NCBI GenBank assembly: GCA_036490775.1
Contig: DASXDD010000028.1
Location: forward strand, 9,679-73,678
Direction of reading: 5' to 3'
Length of the DNA: 64,000 nucleotides
Source: Solirubrobacteraceae bacterium
GTDB taxonomy: Bacteria; Actinomycetota; Thermoleophilia; Solirubrobacterales; Solirubrobacteraceae
Shown here in pieces: positions 1 through 13,773 of the stretch; position 1 is the stretch's first letter; each line of letters starts with the position of its first letter. Under the pieces are notes generated by a model, which made no database searches, was not told the origin of the DNA, and saw only the letters and a program-made list of their open reading frames with translations. A program made the translations under genes and the position numbers.

Positions 1-558
1 CGTCGTCTCGTGGCGGACGAAGTAGCGGACGTAGGCGCCCGCGTACGGGGTGATGTCGAACAGCTCACCTTCGAGGGTGCCAGCGCGAGGGTCGCCGGTC
101 ACGTTGCGCATCGTGTTGCCGCAGCCCTCGCGCGATGACAGGCCGGCGTCGCCGAGCTCGCGGATCAGCTTCGCGGCTTCGGGTAGCGGTATGTGGTGCA
201 TCTGGATGTTCTGGCGCGTGGTCACGTGGCCCTTGCCGAGCGGGACGTACTTCTCGATCACGTCGGCGAACGCGTCGAGCTGGTCAGGGGTGATGCCGCC
301 CATCGGCAATTTGACCCGGACCATCTGCACGTCGGGCTGACGCTGGCCGTAGACGCCCTGCTTGAGGCGGAATTTGATGAACTCGGCGTCCTCGAGATCT
401 CCCTTGAGGAAGCGAGTCGACTCGGTGTCGAAGTCGTCGAATTCGCGTTCGAGGATCGGGATCACGTGACCCGGCACGTTCTCGACCAGCTCGGGATTCT
501 CCAGCGAGCCGGTGCGGGCAGTGCCGGTCTTGGGGCTATCGAGCGAAGCAGGCTCCAT
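1..558 (-). CDS. Nitrite/sulfite reductase hemoprotein subunit, N-terminal part (runs off window start)
   Basis: Manual translation from ATG at 558: MEPASLDSPK...FRLKQGVYGQRQPDVQMVRVKLPMGG...HVTTRQNIQMH...GCGNTMRNVT. These are the siroheme reductase motifs (TTRQNIQ, CGNxxRNV). Absent from the ORF track because it is truncated. Confidence 0.9.
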   Translation of the reverse strand, partial: MEPASLDSPKTGTARTGSLENPELVENVPGHVIPILEREFDDFDTESTRFLKGDLEDAEFIKFRLKQGVYGQRQPDVQMVRVKLPMGGITPDQLDAFADVIEKYVPLGKGHVTTRQNIQMHHIPLPEAAKLIRELGDAGLSSREGCGNTMRNVTGDPRAGTLEGELFDITPYAGAYVRYFVRHETT

Positions 559-711
559 GAGGCTCCTTCCGGTCGCGGACAGGCTCCCTAATGTACCAAA
601 AGGCAATCCGATTACGGCTATTTCGGCCGTCGTGCAGGGGATTCGGGGGGGCCGGTCGATGCTTGAGGCGCGCGGCGTCCGTTCGGCGCCCGGGGCGCGG
701 GGGGCCTGGCG

Positions 712-918
712 TCAGGTCCAGGGGGGCGGCGGCTGGTGCTCGCGGACCACGCCCTCGTGCAATCCCGCCTGCTGCCACGGGTTTCGCTTCGCGGCCGGCG
801 GCGCCGGTGGCGGGGCGGTCTCGCGCATGAACCGCTCGAGCGCGGCGACGACCGCCGCGGCCTCCTCGGGCGACGCGTTGGGAGCGACAATCGTCAGCTT
901 CGGACGACGGTTGACCAC
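712..918 (-). CDS. Acyl-CoA carboxylase epsilon-subunit-like small protein
   Basis: 68 aa from GTG at 918: LTIVAPNASPEEAAAVVAALERF...NPW. Matches the AccE pattern (P-x-EE-hAAh..., distal W). The carboxyltransferase gene lies 1 kb upstream on the same strand. Confidence 0.6.
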   Translation of the reverse strand: MVNRRPKLTIVAPNASPEEAAAVVAALERFMRETAPPPAPPAAKRNPWQQAGLHEGVVREHQPPPPWT

Positions 919-944
919 GGGCACGAGGGTATCGTGCGCGAGCC

Positions 945-1892
945 GTGTCCTCGCTTCCAGTTCTCGACCACGACGCCGTACTCGCGGCGGTCTCGCCAGG
1001 CGAGGCGATCGAGCGCGTCCGCGAGGGCCTGCTGCGCCACCACACGGGCGACTGGGTGATGCCGGCCAAGGTCTACCTCGACAGTCCGCCGTTCGGAGAC
1101 TTCCGCGCGATGCCTGCGCGCGGCGGCGGGCTAGCACTGGTCAAGTGGGTGACCTCGTTCCCGGGGAACCCGGCGCGCGGCCTGCCGACGGTCACGGGCG
1201 TGATCTGTGTCTCGGATGCGACCACGGGCGAGCCGCTGATGCTGCTCGATGCTCGCTCGGTGACGGCGCTTCGGACCGGCGCGGTTGCCGCGGTCGCTGC
1301 GCGGGCGCTCGCGGTTGCCGGAGCCCGCACGGTCGGGGTGGTCGGCTGCGGGCTGCACGGCGCGTGGGCGGCGCGTTGCATGGTCGCCGCCGGCTACGGG
1401 CCGGGCGTGTGTTCCGACCCGCGGTCGGCGGCCGCGGTGACCCTCGCTGAAGAACTCGGCTGGGAGGCGGGCTCGCGCGAGCAGGCGTTGCGCTGCGATG
1501 TCGTCTGCTGCGTGACCCCGGGCGCCGAGATCGTCGTCGACGCCGGCAACCTGCGTCCGGGCCTGCACCTCAACATGCTCGGCGCCGACGGCCCCGGCAA
1601 GTCCGAGGCCACGGTCGGGGCGGTCGCGTCGTGCGCGCTGTTCTGCGACGAGTGGGAGCAGGCGTCGCACGGCGGCGAGCTGACCGCGGCGGTTACGGCT
1701 GGCGTCGTCACCCGCGAGCGTGTCACCGAGCTCGGCGCCGTGCTGGCGGGCGACGCGCCGGGGCGGCCGGGCCCAGAGTCGGTGACGCTGTTTGACTCAA
1801 CCGGCCTCGCGATTCAGGACCTCGCGGTCGCCGCGGCGGCGTTGGAGGCGTGGCGCGAGGGCAGGGTGCAGGCGCAGACGATCAGCCTCTAG
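945..1892 (+). CDS. Ornithine cyclodeaminase / mu-crystallin family protein
   Basis: VKWVTSFPGN, TALRTGA, GCGLHG Rossmann motif, FDSTGLAIQD. Confidence 0.92.
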   Translation: MSSLPVLDHDAVLAAVSPGEAIERVREGLLRHHTGDWVMPAKVYLDSPPFGDFRAMPARGGGLALVKWVTSFPGNPARGLPTVTGVICVSDATTGEPLMLLDARSVTALRTGAVAAVAARALAVAGARTVGVVGCGLHGAWAARCMVAAGYGPGVCSDPRSAAAVTLAEELGWEAGSREQALRCDVVCCVTPGAEIVVDAGNLRPGLHLNMLGADGPGKSEATVGAVASCALFCDEWEQASHGGELTAAVTAGVVTRERVTELGAVLAGDAPGRPGPESVTLFDSTGLAIQDLAVAAAALEAWREGRVQAQTISL

Positions 1893-1900
1893 CCCGGGGA

Positions 1901-1955
1901 GGCGAGGCTGGATGCGAAAGACGTGACATACCGGTCTTTCACGTCCCACCTCGCC
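1901..1955. terminator. Long imperfect hairpin between convergent genes (probable bidirectional terminator or REP-like element)
   Basis: GGCGAGG-CT-GGATGCGAAAGAC ... GTCTTTCACGTCC-CA-CCTCGCC arms around an 11-nt loop, between the stops at 1892 and 1977. Confidence 0.55.
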
Positions 1956-1976
1956 GGGGGGCGCGGCGGCGGGGCG

Positions 1977-3545
<1,569 letters not shown>

Positions 3546-3604
3546 TGGGGCGGCGAGTTTATGCGACCCGCGCGCCCGGCGGCTCAGTGCTTCTCGGGGA
3601 GCAC

Positions 3605-4393
3605 CTAGGCTCTGGAGAACGGCCTGTGGTGAGCCTGGCCGAGGCTGTCGAGCGCGGCGACCAGGGCCGCCTTGGTCTCCGATGTCTGCTTGGGCTCCGC
3701 CTCGACCGCGACGGGCTCGGGTTCGACCGCGACGGGCTCGGATTCGACCGCGACGGGCTCGGGCTCCGGCTGCGATTCGACGACCGGCGCTGGCTCGGCG
3801 ACCGCGACCTCGACCCCGACGCCGACCTCGTCCTCGTCCCCGTCCTCGTCCTTGGCCGCGATCAGCTCCTCGCGCGGCGGGACGCGGAACAGCAGCCTCA
3901 GCCGGGCAAAGAACGACGCACGCGGCGCGGCCCCGGTCTCGGGCCCGGGTTCGACCGCGACGGGCTCGGGTTCGACCGCGGCGACCTCGGCCTCGGGTCC
4001 GGTCGCGACGGACTCGGGCTCGGGACGGGCCTCCTCCTCAACAAGCACCCCGGCTTCCGGCTCCTCCTCGACGACTGCGACTTCCGGCTCCTCGACAACC
4101 ACCTCGGGCTCCGGTTCCTCGACAACCACTGCGTCGACAACCTCCTCGACCACCTCCGCCGCCGTCTCCGCGGTCAGCGTCACCTGCGTTCCCCATCCCG
4201 ACGGCTCGAGCCGCACCGTGCCGCTTGCATCTTCGCCCTCCCAGGCGACGGTTGTCTCCGGCTCGAGCCTCGTGATTCTGATCTCCCCAAACTGACCGAG
4301 ATGACGCGCCAGCGAGGCCGCGTCACTGCACTGGGCCCACAGCTCGGGAGGGGACTTGACGAGCGTCCGGCGGGCCATGTGCTGTTCTGTCAT
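3605..4393 (-). CDS. Hypothetical protein: folded N-terminal domain, long Glu/Pro/Val-rich repeat linker, short C-terminal helix
   Basis: Likely start [19 protein letters not shown] at 4393; repeats AVEPEPV and VVVEEPEPE; ends [15 protein letters not shown]. Confidence 0.75.
   Translation of the reverse strand: MTEQHMARRTLVKSPPELWAQCSDAASLARHLGQFGEIRITRLEPETTVAWEGEDASGTVRLEPSGWGTQVTLTAETAAEVVEEVVDAVVVEEPEPEVVVEEPEVAVVEEEPEAGVLVEEEARPEPESVATGPEAEVAAVEPEPVAVEPGPETGAAPRASFFARLRLLFRVPPREELIAAKDEDGDEDEVGVGVEVAVAEPAPVVESQPEPEPVAVESEPVAVEPEPVAVEAEPKQTSETKAALVAALDSLGQAHHRPFSRA
3702..3764. repeat. Three tandem 21-bp coding repeats (PEPVAVE)
   Basis: TCGACCGCGACGGGCTCGGRY at 3702, 3723 and 3744; further copies near 3951-3983. 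Confidence 0.9.
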
Positions 4394-4467
4394 GGTCGGG
4401 ATTTCGAGCGGAGCGGGAGGACTCCTTCCGCGGCCCGCGCTGTTGCAGGCCACGATCAGGAGCGGCG

Positions 4468-5463
4468 ATGACGACCAAGCTTGGTGAGCAGGGACCCGAC
4501 GTCTCGCGGGTCGGCCTGGGATGCATGGGGATGTCCGGGATGTACGGCCCGGCCGACCGGCAGGAGAGCATCGCGACGATCCACGCGGCGCTGCACTCGG
4601 GCATCAACCTCCTCGACACCGGCGACTTCTACGGGATGGGCCACAACGAGCTGCTGATCTCAGAGGCTCTACGCACGCGCGACCGCGAGGAGGCGCTGAT
4701 CAGCGTCAAGTTCGGCGCCCAGCGCGGGCCGGACAGCAGCTGGCTGGGCTACGACGCTCGCCCGGCAGCCGTCAAGACGGCGCTGGCCTACAGCCTGCAG
4801 CGGCTGGGCACCGACCACATCGACGTCTACCGCCCGGCGCGTCTGGATCCCCAGGTCCCGATCGAGGAGACGATCGGCGCGATCGCCGAGATGGTCCAGG
4901 CCGGCTACGTCCGCTACATCGGCCTCTCGGAGGTCGGCGCCGAGACGATTCGCCGTGCCGCCGCCGTACACCCGATCTGCGACCTCCAGATCGAGTACTC
5001 GCTGATCTCTCGCGGGCTGGAGCGCGAGATCCTGCCGGCCTGCCGCGAGCTCGGGATCGCGATCACCGCCTACGGGATCCTCTCGCGCGGCCTGATCAGC
5101 GGCCACTGGACGCCCGAGCGGAGCACCGGCGGCGGCGACTTTCGCAGCCGCGCGCCGCGGTTTCAGGGCGAGAACCTGACCCGCAACCTCGAGCTGGTCG
5201 ACGCGCTGCGTGCGGTGGCCGGCGAGCTCGAGGCATCCGTCGCCCAGGTCGCGATCGCCTGGGTGCTGTCGCGGGGCGACGACATCGTGCCGCTGATCGG
5301 CGCCCGCACCCGTGAACGCCTGACCGAGGCGCTCGGCGCTCTCGAGCTCGAGCTGAACGCCGACGAGCTCGCGCGAATCGAGCAGGCAATACCGGCCGAG
5401 GCGGCCGTCGGCGACCGCTACCCGGAGGCGCAGATGGGCCAGCTCGACAGCGAGCGGGCCTGA
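4468..5463 (+). CDS. Aldo/keto reductase
   Basis: GLGCMGMS, LDTGDFYG, SVKFG, IGLSE, AQVAIAWVL, PLIG. Confidence 0.95.
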   Translation: MTTKLGEQGPDVSRVGLGCMGMSGMYGPADRQESIATIHAALHSGINLLDTGDFYGMGHNELLISEALRTRDREEALISVKFGAQRGPDSSWLGYDARPAAVKTALAYSLQRLGTDHIDVYRPARLDPQVPIEETIGAIAEMVQAGYVRYIGLSEVGAETIRRAAAVHPICDLQIEYSLISRGLEREILPACRELGIAITAYGILSRGLISGHWTPERSTGGGDFRSRAPRFQGENLTRNLELVDALRAVAGELEASVAQVAIAWVLSRGDDIVPLIGARTRERLTEALGALELELNADELARIEQAIPAEAAVGDRYPEAQMGQLDSERA

Positions 5464-5476
5464 CCTCGCGCCGGCG

Positions 5477-7099
<1,623 letters not shown>

Positions 7100-7144
7100 G
7101 GCTGGAGGTTACCCGCGGGCGCTCGTCGCGGATACGATCCACTC

Positions 7145-7504
7145 ATGTCGCACGCTGCCCCACTCGTCGACGAGGTCGCCAACGAGCTCGCAACCTGGCC
7201 GGGCGTCAGGATCGAGCGCCGCGAGGACGGCGCCGCGGTGGTCCGCTACGAACAATCGACGCTCGGGTTCCTGTACCGCGAGCGTGGCGCGGCCGAGCTG
7301 CCGGTGCTCGACGTCGAGCACGACGAGCTGATCGAGCACGGCGACGCCGAGCCCGCCGACGCCACGCCCGGCTCGAGCGGCGTCAGCCACGACCTGCGCG
7401 GGCCGTCCGACGTGACCGCCGTGCTCGAGCTGTTCGACCGCCGCTACCGCGAGGTGCGCGGCGACGATCCGCCGTACAGCTCGCAGGACCCCGACTACCG
7501 GTAG
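7145..7504 (+). CDS. Small hypothetical protein (luciferase-domain/DUF5519-like)
   Basis: ATG 7145 lies 6 nt after TACGAT; ELATWPGV...HDELIEHGDAEP...VLELFDRRY pattern. Confidence 0.55.
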   Translation: MSHAAPLVDEVANELATWPGVRIERREDGAAVVRYEQSTLGFLYRERGAAELPVLDVEHDELIEHGDAEPADATPGSSGVSHDLRGPSDVTAVLELFDRRYREVRGDDPPYSSQDPDYR

Positions 7505-7514
7505 CTGACCACCG

Positions 7515-8279
7515 CTAGAGCACCTTCGCCAGGAACGACTTCGTCCGGTCGTGGCTCGGCGATACCAGCACCTGGCTCGGCTGCCCGGACTCGACCACGA
7601 CGCCCGCGTCCATGAACACGACGCTGTCGGCGACCTCGCGCGCAAAGCCCATCTCATGCGTGACGACGATCATCGTCATCCCGTCGCGCGCGAGCTGGCG
7701 CATCGCATCGAGCACATCGCCGACGAGCTCAGGGTCGAGCGCCGACGTCGGCTCATCGAACAGCATCAGCTTCGGCTGCATCGCTAGCGCCCGAGCGATC
7801 GCGACCCGCTGCTGCTGGCCTCCCGACAGCGCCACCGGGTACGTGTCGAGCTTGTCGCCGAGCCCGACCTTCTGCAGCAGATCTGCTGCGCGGTCGCGCG
7901 CATCGCCGCGAGAGAGCTTGGCCACCCGGACGGGTGCAAGCATCACGTTCTCGGTCGCCGTCATGTGCGGGAAGAGGTTGAAGTGCTGGAAGACCATTCC
8001 GATCTCGGCGCGCTTGCGGGCGACCTCTTTCTCACGCAGCTCGTGCAGCTTGTCGCCTTCCTCCCGGTAACCGACAAGCTCGCCGTCGACCGACAGACGG
8101 CCCGCGTTGATCTTCTCGAGGTGGTTGATGCAGCGCAGAAACGTCGACTTGCCCGAGCCCGAAGGGCCGAGCATGCACATCACCTCGCCGCGCTTGACCT
8201 CGAGCGAGATCCCTTTGAGCACCTCGAGGCGGCCGAAGCTCTTGTGGACGCCCTCGGCCTTGACCATCGGCTCGCTCAT
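7515..8279 (-). CDS. Polar amino acid ABC transporter ATP-binding protein
   Basis: [43 protein letters not shown]. Confidence 0.96.
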   Translation of the reverse strand: MSEPMVKAEGVHKSFGRLEVLKGISLEVKRGEVMCMLGPSGSGKSTFLRCINHLEKINAGRLSVDGELVGYREEGDKLHELREKEVARKRAEIGMVFQHFNLFPHMTATENVMLAPVRVAKLSRGDARDRAADLLQKVGLGDKLDTYPVALSGGQQQRVAIARALAMQPKLMLFDEPTSALDPELVGDVLDAMRQLARDGMTMIVVTHEMGFAREVADSVVFMDAGVVVESGQPSQVLVSPSHDRTKSFLAKVL

Positions 8280-9211
8280 CCCGTATCCAAGGCCGGATTG
8301 CCGCGGGAGCCCAGCCAGCGAGCGCGCATCGAGACGCGCTGCTGACGTGAGAAGCCGCGTCCGAAGCGACGCTCGACGAAGTACTGGCCGACATACAAGA
8401 CGCTGGTCATGGCCAGGTACCAGATGCTCGCCACGATCAGCAGCTGAATCGTCTTGAAATTCGCCGCATAGATCGTCTGGGCCTCGAACAACAGATCGAA
8501 CACCGCGCCGAGCACGATCACCAGCGAGGTGTTCTTCAGCATCGAGATCGTCTCGTTGCCGGTGGGCGGAATGATCACCCGCATGGCCTGCGGCAGCACG
8601 ATCAGCCGCATGATTGGGAGCCGCCCCATACCCAGCGACTGCGCCGCCTCGGTCTGGCCCTCGTTCACGGAAATCATCCCGGCGCGCACGATCTCCGACA
8701 TGTACGCGCCCTCGTTCAGGCCCAAGCCGAGCAGCGCGGCGACAAACGGCTTGATCAGCGAGTTTGCGTTCAGATGGATCAACGACGGGCCGAACGGGAT
8801 CCCGAGGTCGATCGTCGGGTAGAGGGCGGCGATGAAGTTCCAGAACAGCAGCTGCACGAGCAGCGGCGTGCCGCGGAAGAACCAGACATACAGCCAGCTG
8901 GCGCCCGAGATCAGGGGGTTCGGAGAGAGCCGCATCACCGCGGCTAGCACGCCAAGGACGATGCCGATGATCATCGACAGGAACGTCAGCTCAAGCGTCA
9001 CGACGACGCCGTGCAGGATCCTGGCGTCGAACAGGTAGTGACCGACGACGCCCCAGCCAAAGCGCGGGTTGGTGACGATCGAACGGACGATCGAAGCCGC
9101 CACCAGCAGCACGACGACCGACGCGACCCACCTCCCCGGGTGGCGCACGGGGACGGCCTTGATGTCCTCAGGCCGTCCCCTCTGCTCCTCAGATAGCTCG
9201 GAGGTAGTCAC
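8276..9211 (-). CDS. Polar amino acid ABC transporter permease
   Basis: [36 protein letters not shown]; ATGA overlap with the ATPase gene. Confidence 0.95.
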   Translation of the reverse strand: MTTSELSEEQRGRPEDIKAVPVRHPGRWVASVVVLLVAASIVRSIVTNPRFGWGVVGHYLFDARILHGVVVTLELTFLSMIIGIVLGVLAAVMRLSPNPLISGASWLYVWFFRGTPLLVQLLFWNFIAALYPTIDLGIPFGPSLIHLNANSLIKPFVAALLGLGLNEGAYMSEIVRAGMISVNEGQTEAAQSLGMGRLPIMRLIVLPQAMRVIIPPTGNETISMLKNTSLVIVLGAVFDLLFEAQTIYAANFKTIQLLIVASIWYLAMTSVLYVGQYFVERRFGRGFSRQQRVSMRARWLGSRGNPALDTG

Positions 9212-9235
9212 CTCTGAGCCTTAGTCTGACGATTA

Positions 9236-10171
9236 TCAGCTGATCGCGCCGTTGATCTTCGGGTTGCTGATCGTCGCCTCCGCAGGGAGGCCCCACTTCT
9301 TGAAGATCGACTGGTATGTGCCGTCAGCCATCACGGCCTTGACTGCAGCCAAGACGGCTTTGTCGAACCCGTTGCCCTTCGCGATCGCCAAGCCGTAAGG
9401 AGCCGCCGCATACTCGGAGCCGACGAGCTTGAACTGGCCGTTGGACTGCTTGACGGCGTATGCCGCCGGAGGTGAGTCGGCGAACACGAGCTGGGCGCGG
9501 CCGCTCTGCAGCGCGAGATTGGCGCCGTTCTGATCCTGGAACGTGAGCACGGTCACGCCCGGCTTCCCGGCCGTCTTGCACTTGGCACCCTGCTTGGTGG
9601 CGTCGTCCTGCTCGGTCGTGCCCTTCTCGACCGCCACCGTCTTGCCGCAGATGTCAGCGATGCTGCCAATATCAGTGCCACCGGATGCCTTGGTGAAAAA
9701 GGACTCGCCGACGTTGGCGTAGGTCACGAAGTCGACGGTCTTCTCGCGTTCTTTGGTGTCGGTGAACGACGACGCACCGAGGTCGTACTTGCCGGAGGCG
9801 AGGCCGGGGATGATGGTCTCGAACACGGCGTTCTGGACGTTCGCCTTCAGTCCCATCTTGGCGGCGAGTGCCTTGGCCAGATCCGCGTCCATTCCGATCA
9901 CGGTATGGCCGTCGGGCCCAAAGAATTCGTCGGGCGCATAGCTCGCGTCGGCAGCCACGGTCAGCGTCCCCTTGGACTTGATCGAGGCGGGCACCAGCGC
10001 CGCGACAGACGCGTCGGCGCCCGAAGGCGCGGCGGGTGTCGACGTCGCGCCGGCGCTCGACGATGAGGTCGTGCTCGACGACGAACTAGAACTGCTGCTT
10101 CCGCACCCCACGATCACGGCTGCGCTGACAAGAGCGACCAGCACTGCCGGTATGCCCCTCCATCTATTCAT
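9236..10171 (-). CDS. Amino acid ABC transporter substrate-binding lipoprotein
   Basis: Lipobox IVGC followed by a poly-Ser linker; DASYAPDEF, SFTDTKER, VAVEKGT. Confidence 0.93.
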   Translation of the reverse strand: MNRWRGIPAVLVALVSAAVIVGCGSSSSSSSSSTTSSSSAGATSTPAAPSGADASVAALVPASIKSKGTLTVAADASYAPDEFFGPDGHTVIGMDADLAKALAAKMGLKANVQNAVFETIIPGLASGKYDLGASSFTDTKEREKTVDFVTYANVGESFFTKASGGTDIGSIADICGKTVAVEKGTTEQDDATKQGAKCKTAGKPGVTVLTFQDQNGANLALQSGRAQLVFADSPPAAYAVKQSNGQFKLVGSEYAAAPYGLAIAKGNGFDKAVLAAVKAVMADGTYQSIFKKWGLPAEATISNPKINGAIS

Positions 10172-10283
10172 GGCACTCCTTCTTTCTGAACCTCAGTTTC
10201 GGCAAGGATAAGCAGCAACCGCCACGCCTTGACGGAGCGTTAACGGCCTGCCAACAGACAATCCGGCGGATAGCCTTAGAGCG

Positions 10284-10922
10284 ATGCAGGTACGTGTGCT
10301 GCTGTTCGCCGGCCTCCGGGAACGAGCCGGCGCCTCGGTCGTGGAGCTCGAGCTGCCCGACGGGGCGCTCGTGCGCGACGCGCTTGACCGGATGAGCGCG
10401 CTGGCCGACGGCGTGCCGGTCGTGATGGCGATCAATCAGGAGTACGCCGGCGCTGACGCGCCGCTGCACGCCGGCGACGAGCTGGCGCTGATCCCACCCG
10501 TGTCCGGAGGCTCGGTCGGCGCGCTGCACACCCGCGTCACGACCGAGCCGCTGGCGCTCGATCCGCTCGTTCAGCGCGTCCGCGACCCCCGCGCCGGCGC
10601 GATCGTCACGTTTCTCGGTGTCACCCGCGAGGTCTCAGAGCTCGAATACGAGGCCTACCTCGAGATGGCCGAGCGCAAGCTCGCCGAGATCGTCGCGCGG
10701 GCCGTCGAGCGCCACGGCCTTTGCGCGGCGGCGGCCGAGCACCGGATCGGCACGGTGCCGCTGTCGGAGCCGTCGGTAGCGGTCGCGGCGTCGGCGCCAC
10801 ACCGCGGCGCGGCATTCGCCGGGGCGCGCGAGATCATCGACGAGATCAAGGCGCAGGCTCCGATCTGGAAGAAGGAGGAGGGCGAGTGGGTGCAGGGGAC
10901 GGAGCCGCGGCCGCAGACCTGA
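10284..10922 (+). CDS. MoaD-MoaE fusion (molybdopterin synthase, MoaX-like)
   Basis: Ubiquitin-like N-terminus (VLLFAGLRE...LIPPVSGG) fused to MoaE (GAIVTFLG, LEYEAY, HRIG, SAPHR, PIWKKE). Confidence 0.92.
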   Translation: MQVRVLLFAGLRERAGASVVELELPDGALVRDALDRMSALADGVPVVMAINQEYAGADAPLHAGDELALIPPVSGGSVGALHTRVTTEPLALDPLVQRVRDPRAGAIVTFLGVTREVSELEYEAYLEMAERKLAEIVARAVERHGLCAAAAEHRIGTVPLSEPSVAVAASAPHRGAAFAGAREIIDEIKAQAPIWKKEEGEWVQGTEPRPQT

Positions 10923-12259
10923 GCGCGCTTCCGGCCGTGCACGAGCTGGCCGCCGCGCTCGACGCGCCACACGTGCTGGCCGTCGCGGCGGCGCGACTGG
11001 CGATCGACGAGCGCCGCGCGGCGGTACTCGCCGGGACCCCGGCGAGCGACGACATCGTCGTCCGTGCCCGCGAGCTGCTCGCCGAACTCGAGCAACCGTC
11101 GCTACGGCGCGTGCTCAACGCCACGGGCGTGATCGTCCACACCAACCTCGGTCGCGCACCGCTGCCGCGGGCGGCACGCGACGCGGTCGCTCGCGCGGCG
11201 CTCGGTTACTCCAACCTCGAACTCGATCTCGAGAGCGGCGAGCGCGGCAGCCGTCACGCGCACGTCGAGCGGGTGCTGACCGAGCTGACCGGAGCGCAGG
11301 CGGCGATCGTCGTCAACAACGGCGCCGGCGCGGTGCTGCTCGCCGCCGCCGCGCTCGCCGGCAGCGGGCGGGCAATCGTCGTCTCGCGAGGCCAGCTCGT
11401 GGAGATCGGGGGCGGCTTCCGGATCCCTGAGGTGATCGCCCAGTCGGGCGCGCGGCTGGTCGAGGTCGGCACCACGAACCGCACTCGCCTGAGCGACTAC
11501 GAGGCAGCGATCGCGCGCGCCGGCGGCGAGGTCGGCGCGATCCTGCGCGTGCATCCGTCCAACTTCCGCTCGGTCGGGTTCGTCGAGGACGTCGGGATCG
11601 AGGCGCTGTGCGGCCTCGGCGTACCCGTGATCGACGACGTCGGCTCGGGCGTACTCGCCGACGCCGCCGGGATCCCGGCGCTGGCCGACGAACCGGCACT
11701 GAAGCAGTCGGTCGCGGCAGGCGCGGCACTCGTCTGCTGCTCGGGCGACAAGCTGCTCGGCGGCCCTCAGGCGGGACTGGTCGTCGGCCGCACCGAGGCG
11801 GTCGCCGCCGCGCGTCGCCACCCGCTGGCGCGAGCGCTCCGGATCGACAAGCTGTCGCTGGCGGCGCTCGAGGCGACGCTGTTGCTGTACCGCGATCCCG
11901 AGCAGGCGCGGCGCGAGATCCCGGTGCTGGCGATGCTCGATTGCGACGAGCCCACGCTCGCCGACCGGGCACAGCGGCTCGCCGACGTGATCGGGCCGGC
12001 CGCCGAGCTGGTCCGCGCGAGCTCCAAGGTCGGCGGCGGGGCGCTGCCGCTACTCGAGCTCGAGGGCCCGGCCGTGGCGTTGTCGGCGAACGCCAGCCCG
12101 GTCGCGCTCGCTCGTGCGCTTCGCGACGGCGACCCGCCCGTAATCGCGCGGATCCACGAAGGCCGTGTGCTGCTCGACCCGCGGACGCTGACCGGCGATG
12201 AGATCGCACCGGTCGCCGAGGGCGTGCGCCTGGCGCTGCAGGCTGCCGGCGGCGAATGA
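10886..12259 (+). CDS. selA: L-seryl-tRNA(Sec) selenium transferase
   Basis: [44 protein letters not shown] motif [12 protein letters not shown]. Start GTG 10886 follows GGAGGAG and is approximate. Confidence 0.95.
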   Translation: MGAGDGAAAADLSALPAVHELAAALDAPHVLAVAAARLAIDERRAAVLAGTPASDDIVVRARELLAELEQPSLRRVLNATGVIVHTNLGRAPLPRAARDAVARAALGYSNLELDLESGERGSRHAHVERVLTELTGAQAAIVVNNGAGAVLLAAAALAGSGRAIVVSRGQLVEIGGGFRIPEVIAQSGARLVEVGTTNRTRLSDYEAAIARAGGEVGAILRVHPSNFRSVGFVEDVGIEALCGLGVPVIDDVGSGVLADAAGIPALADEPALKQSVAAGAALVCCSGDKLLGGPQAGLVVGRTEAVAAARRHPLARALRIDKLSLAALEATLLLYRDPEQARREIPVLAMLDCDEPTLADRAQRLADVIGPAAELVRASSKVGGGALPLLELEGPAVALSANASPVALARALRDGDPPVIARIHEGRVLLDPRTLTGDEIAPVAEGVRLALQAAGGE

Positions 12260-13773
12260 GCACCGGGCCGCTGACGCTCGGGACCGCGGGCCACATCGAC
12301 CACGGCAAGACCGCGCTGATCCGGGCGCTGACCGGCGTCGACACCGACCGCTTGCCCGAGGAGCGCGCGCGGGGGATCTCGATCGAGCTGGGCTACGCGA
12401 TGCTCGAGCTCCCGTCGGGCCGCCGGCTGTCGGTCGTCGACGTGCCGGGCCACGAGCGGTTCGTGCGCACGATGGTCGCCGGCGCCACCGGCATCGATCT
12501 CTACCTGATGACGATCGCATCCGACGATGGCGTGATGCCGCAGACTCGCGAGCACGCCGCCGTCCTGGCCGCGCTCGGCGTCGCCACCGGCATCGTGGCC
12601 GTCACCAAGAGCGACATCGCCGATCCCGAGATCGCGATGATCGAGGCGTCGGAGCTGCTTCCGGGGGCCGAGGTCGTGGCCGTCTCCGCCCGCACCGGCG
12701 AGGGCATCGAGCAGCTGCGCGAGGCGCTGGACCGAACCGCCGGCGCGGTCTCGAGCCGGTCGCAGGACATCGGCTCCGCACGCCTGCACGTCGACCGCGC
12801 GTTCACGATCCGTGGCGCCGGGACGGTCGTCACGGGGACGCTGTGGTCAGGCGAGATCCGCCGTGGCGACGAGGTCGCCGTGCTCCCCGGGGACCGGCGC
12901 GCCCGCGTGCGTGGCATCCAGGTCCACGACGAGGCACTCGTTCAGGCCGCCGCGGGGCAGCGGGTGGCGCTCAACCTGACCGGCCTGAGCGTCGACGAAG
13001 TGCGCCGCGGCGACGTCGTCGTCTCGACGGGCTCCGAGGTCAGGCCCGGCTACCTGATCGACGCCGAGCTTCACTTCTCCGGCCGCGAGCCCGAGCACGG
13101 CGACCGGCTCCAGATCCACCACGGCACCCGCGAGGCGCCGGCGAGACTCGCTTGGCTCGGCGGTCGCTTCTGGCAACTCCGGCTCGAGCAGCAGCTCGTC
13201 GCCGACGCCGGCGACCGGCTCGTGGTACGCCAGATCGCGCCGCCCGACACGATCGGCGGTGGCGTCGTGCTCGACGCACATCCACGAAAGCACGGTCCGT
13301 CGCGCGAGCTGCTGGTGTCACTCGAGCGACTGTCGCGCGGCGAGCCGGCCGAGGAGCCGGCGCCGGAGCCCACCAAGGCGCCCGTGCCCGTCGAGCCGCC
13401 CGCGGCCCCCGAGCTGGAGCCACTGTCAGCGTCGGCGCTGGCGCTCGAGCACCGGCTGCTGCAGGCCGGATTCGAGCCGCCGCTGGACTCCGAGGTCGAC
13501 GCCGCCGACCTCAGCGCGCTGCGGGCGGCGGGTCGCGCCGTGCGCGTGTCAAAGGCGCTGCACTACCACCCGGACGTGCTCGCCGACGTGCGCCGGCGGG
13601 TGATTGCGATCGCGTCGGACCACGAGGGTGCGGTCACGCTCGCACAGCTACGCGACGAGCTCGGCACCTCGCGCAAGTTCGCGCAGGCGCTGCTTGAGCA
13701 TCTCGACTCCGAGAAGATCACGATTCGACGCGGCGACGCCCACGTCGTCCGCCGCAGCGCGCTCGCCGACTAG
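12256..13773 (+). CDS. selB: Selenocysteine-specific elongation factor (short form)
   Basis: [31 protein letters not shown]; C-terminal winged helix [20 protein letters not shown]; ATGA-coupled to selA. Confidence 0.95.
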   Translation: MSTGPLTLGTAGHIDHGKTALIRALTGVDTDRLPEERARGISIELGYAMLELPSGRRLSVVDVPGHERFVRTMVAGATGIDLYLMTIASDDGVMPQTREHAAVLAALGVATGIVAVTKSDIADPEIAMIEASELLPGAEVVAVSARTGEGIEQLREALDRTAGAVSSRSQDIGSARLHVDRAFTIRGAGTVVTGTLWSGEIRRGDEVAVLPGDRRARVRGIQVHDEALVQAAAGQRVALNLTGLSVDEVRRGDVVVSTGSEVRPGYLIDAELHFSGREPEHGDRLQIHHGTREAPARLAWLGGRFWQLRLEQQLVADAGDRLVVRQIAPPDTIGGGVVLDAHPRKHGPSRELLVSLERLSRGEPAEEPAPEPTKAPVPVEPPAAPELEPLSASALALEHRLLQAGFEPPLDSEVDAADLSALRAAGRAVRVSKALHYHPDVLADVRRRVIAIASDHEGAVTLAQLRDELGTSRKFAQALLEHLDSEKITIRRGDAHVVRRSALAD

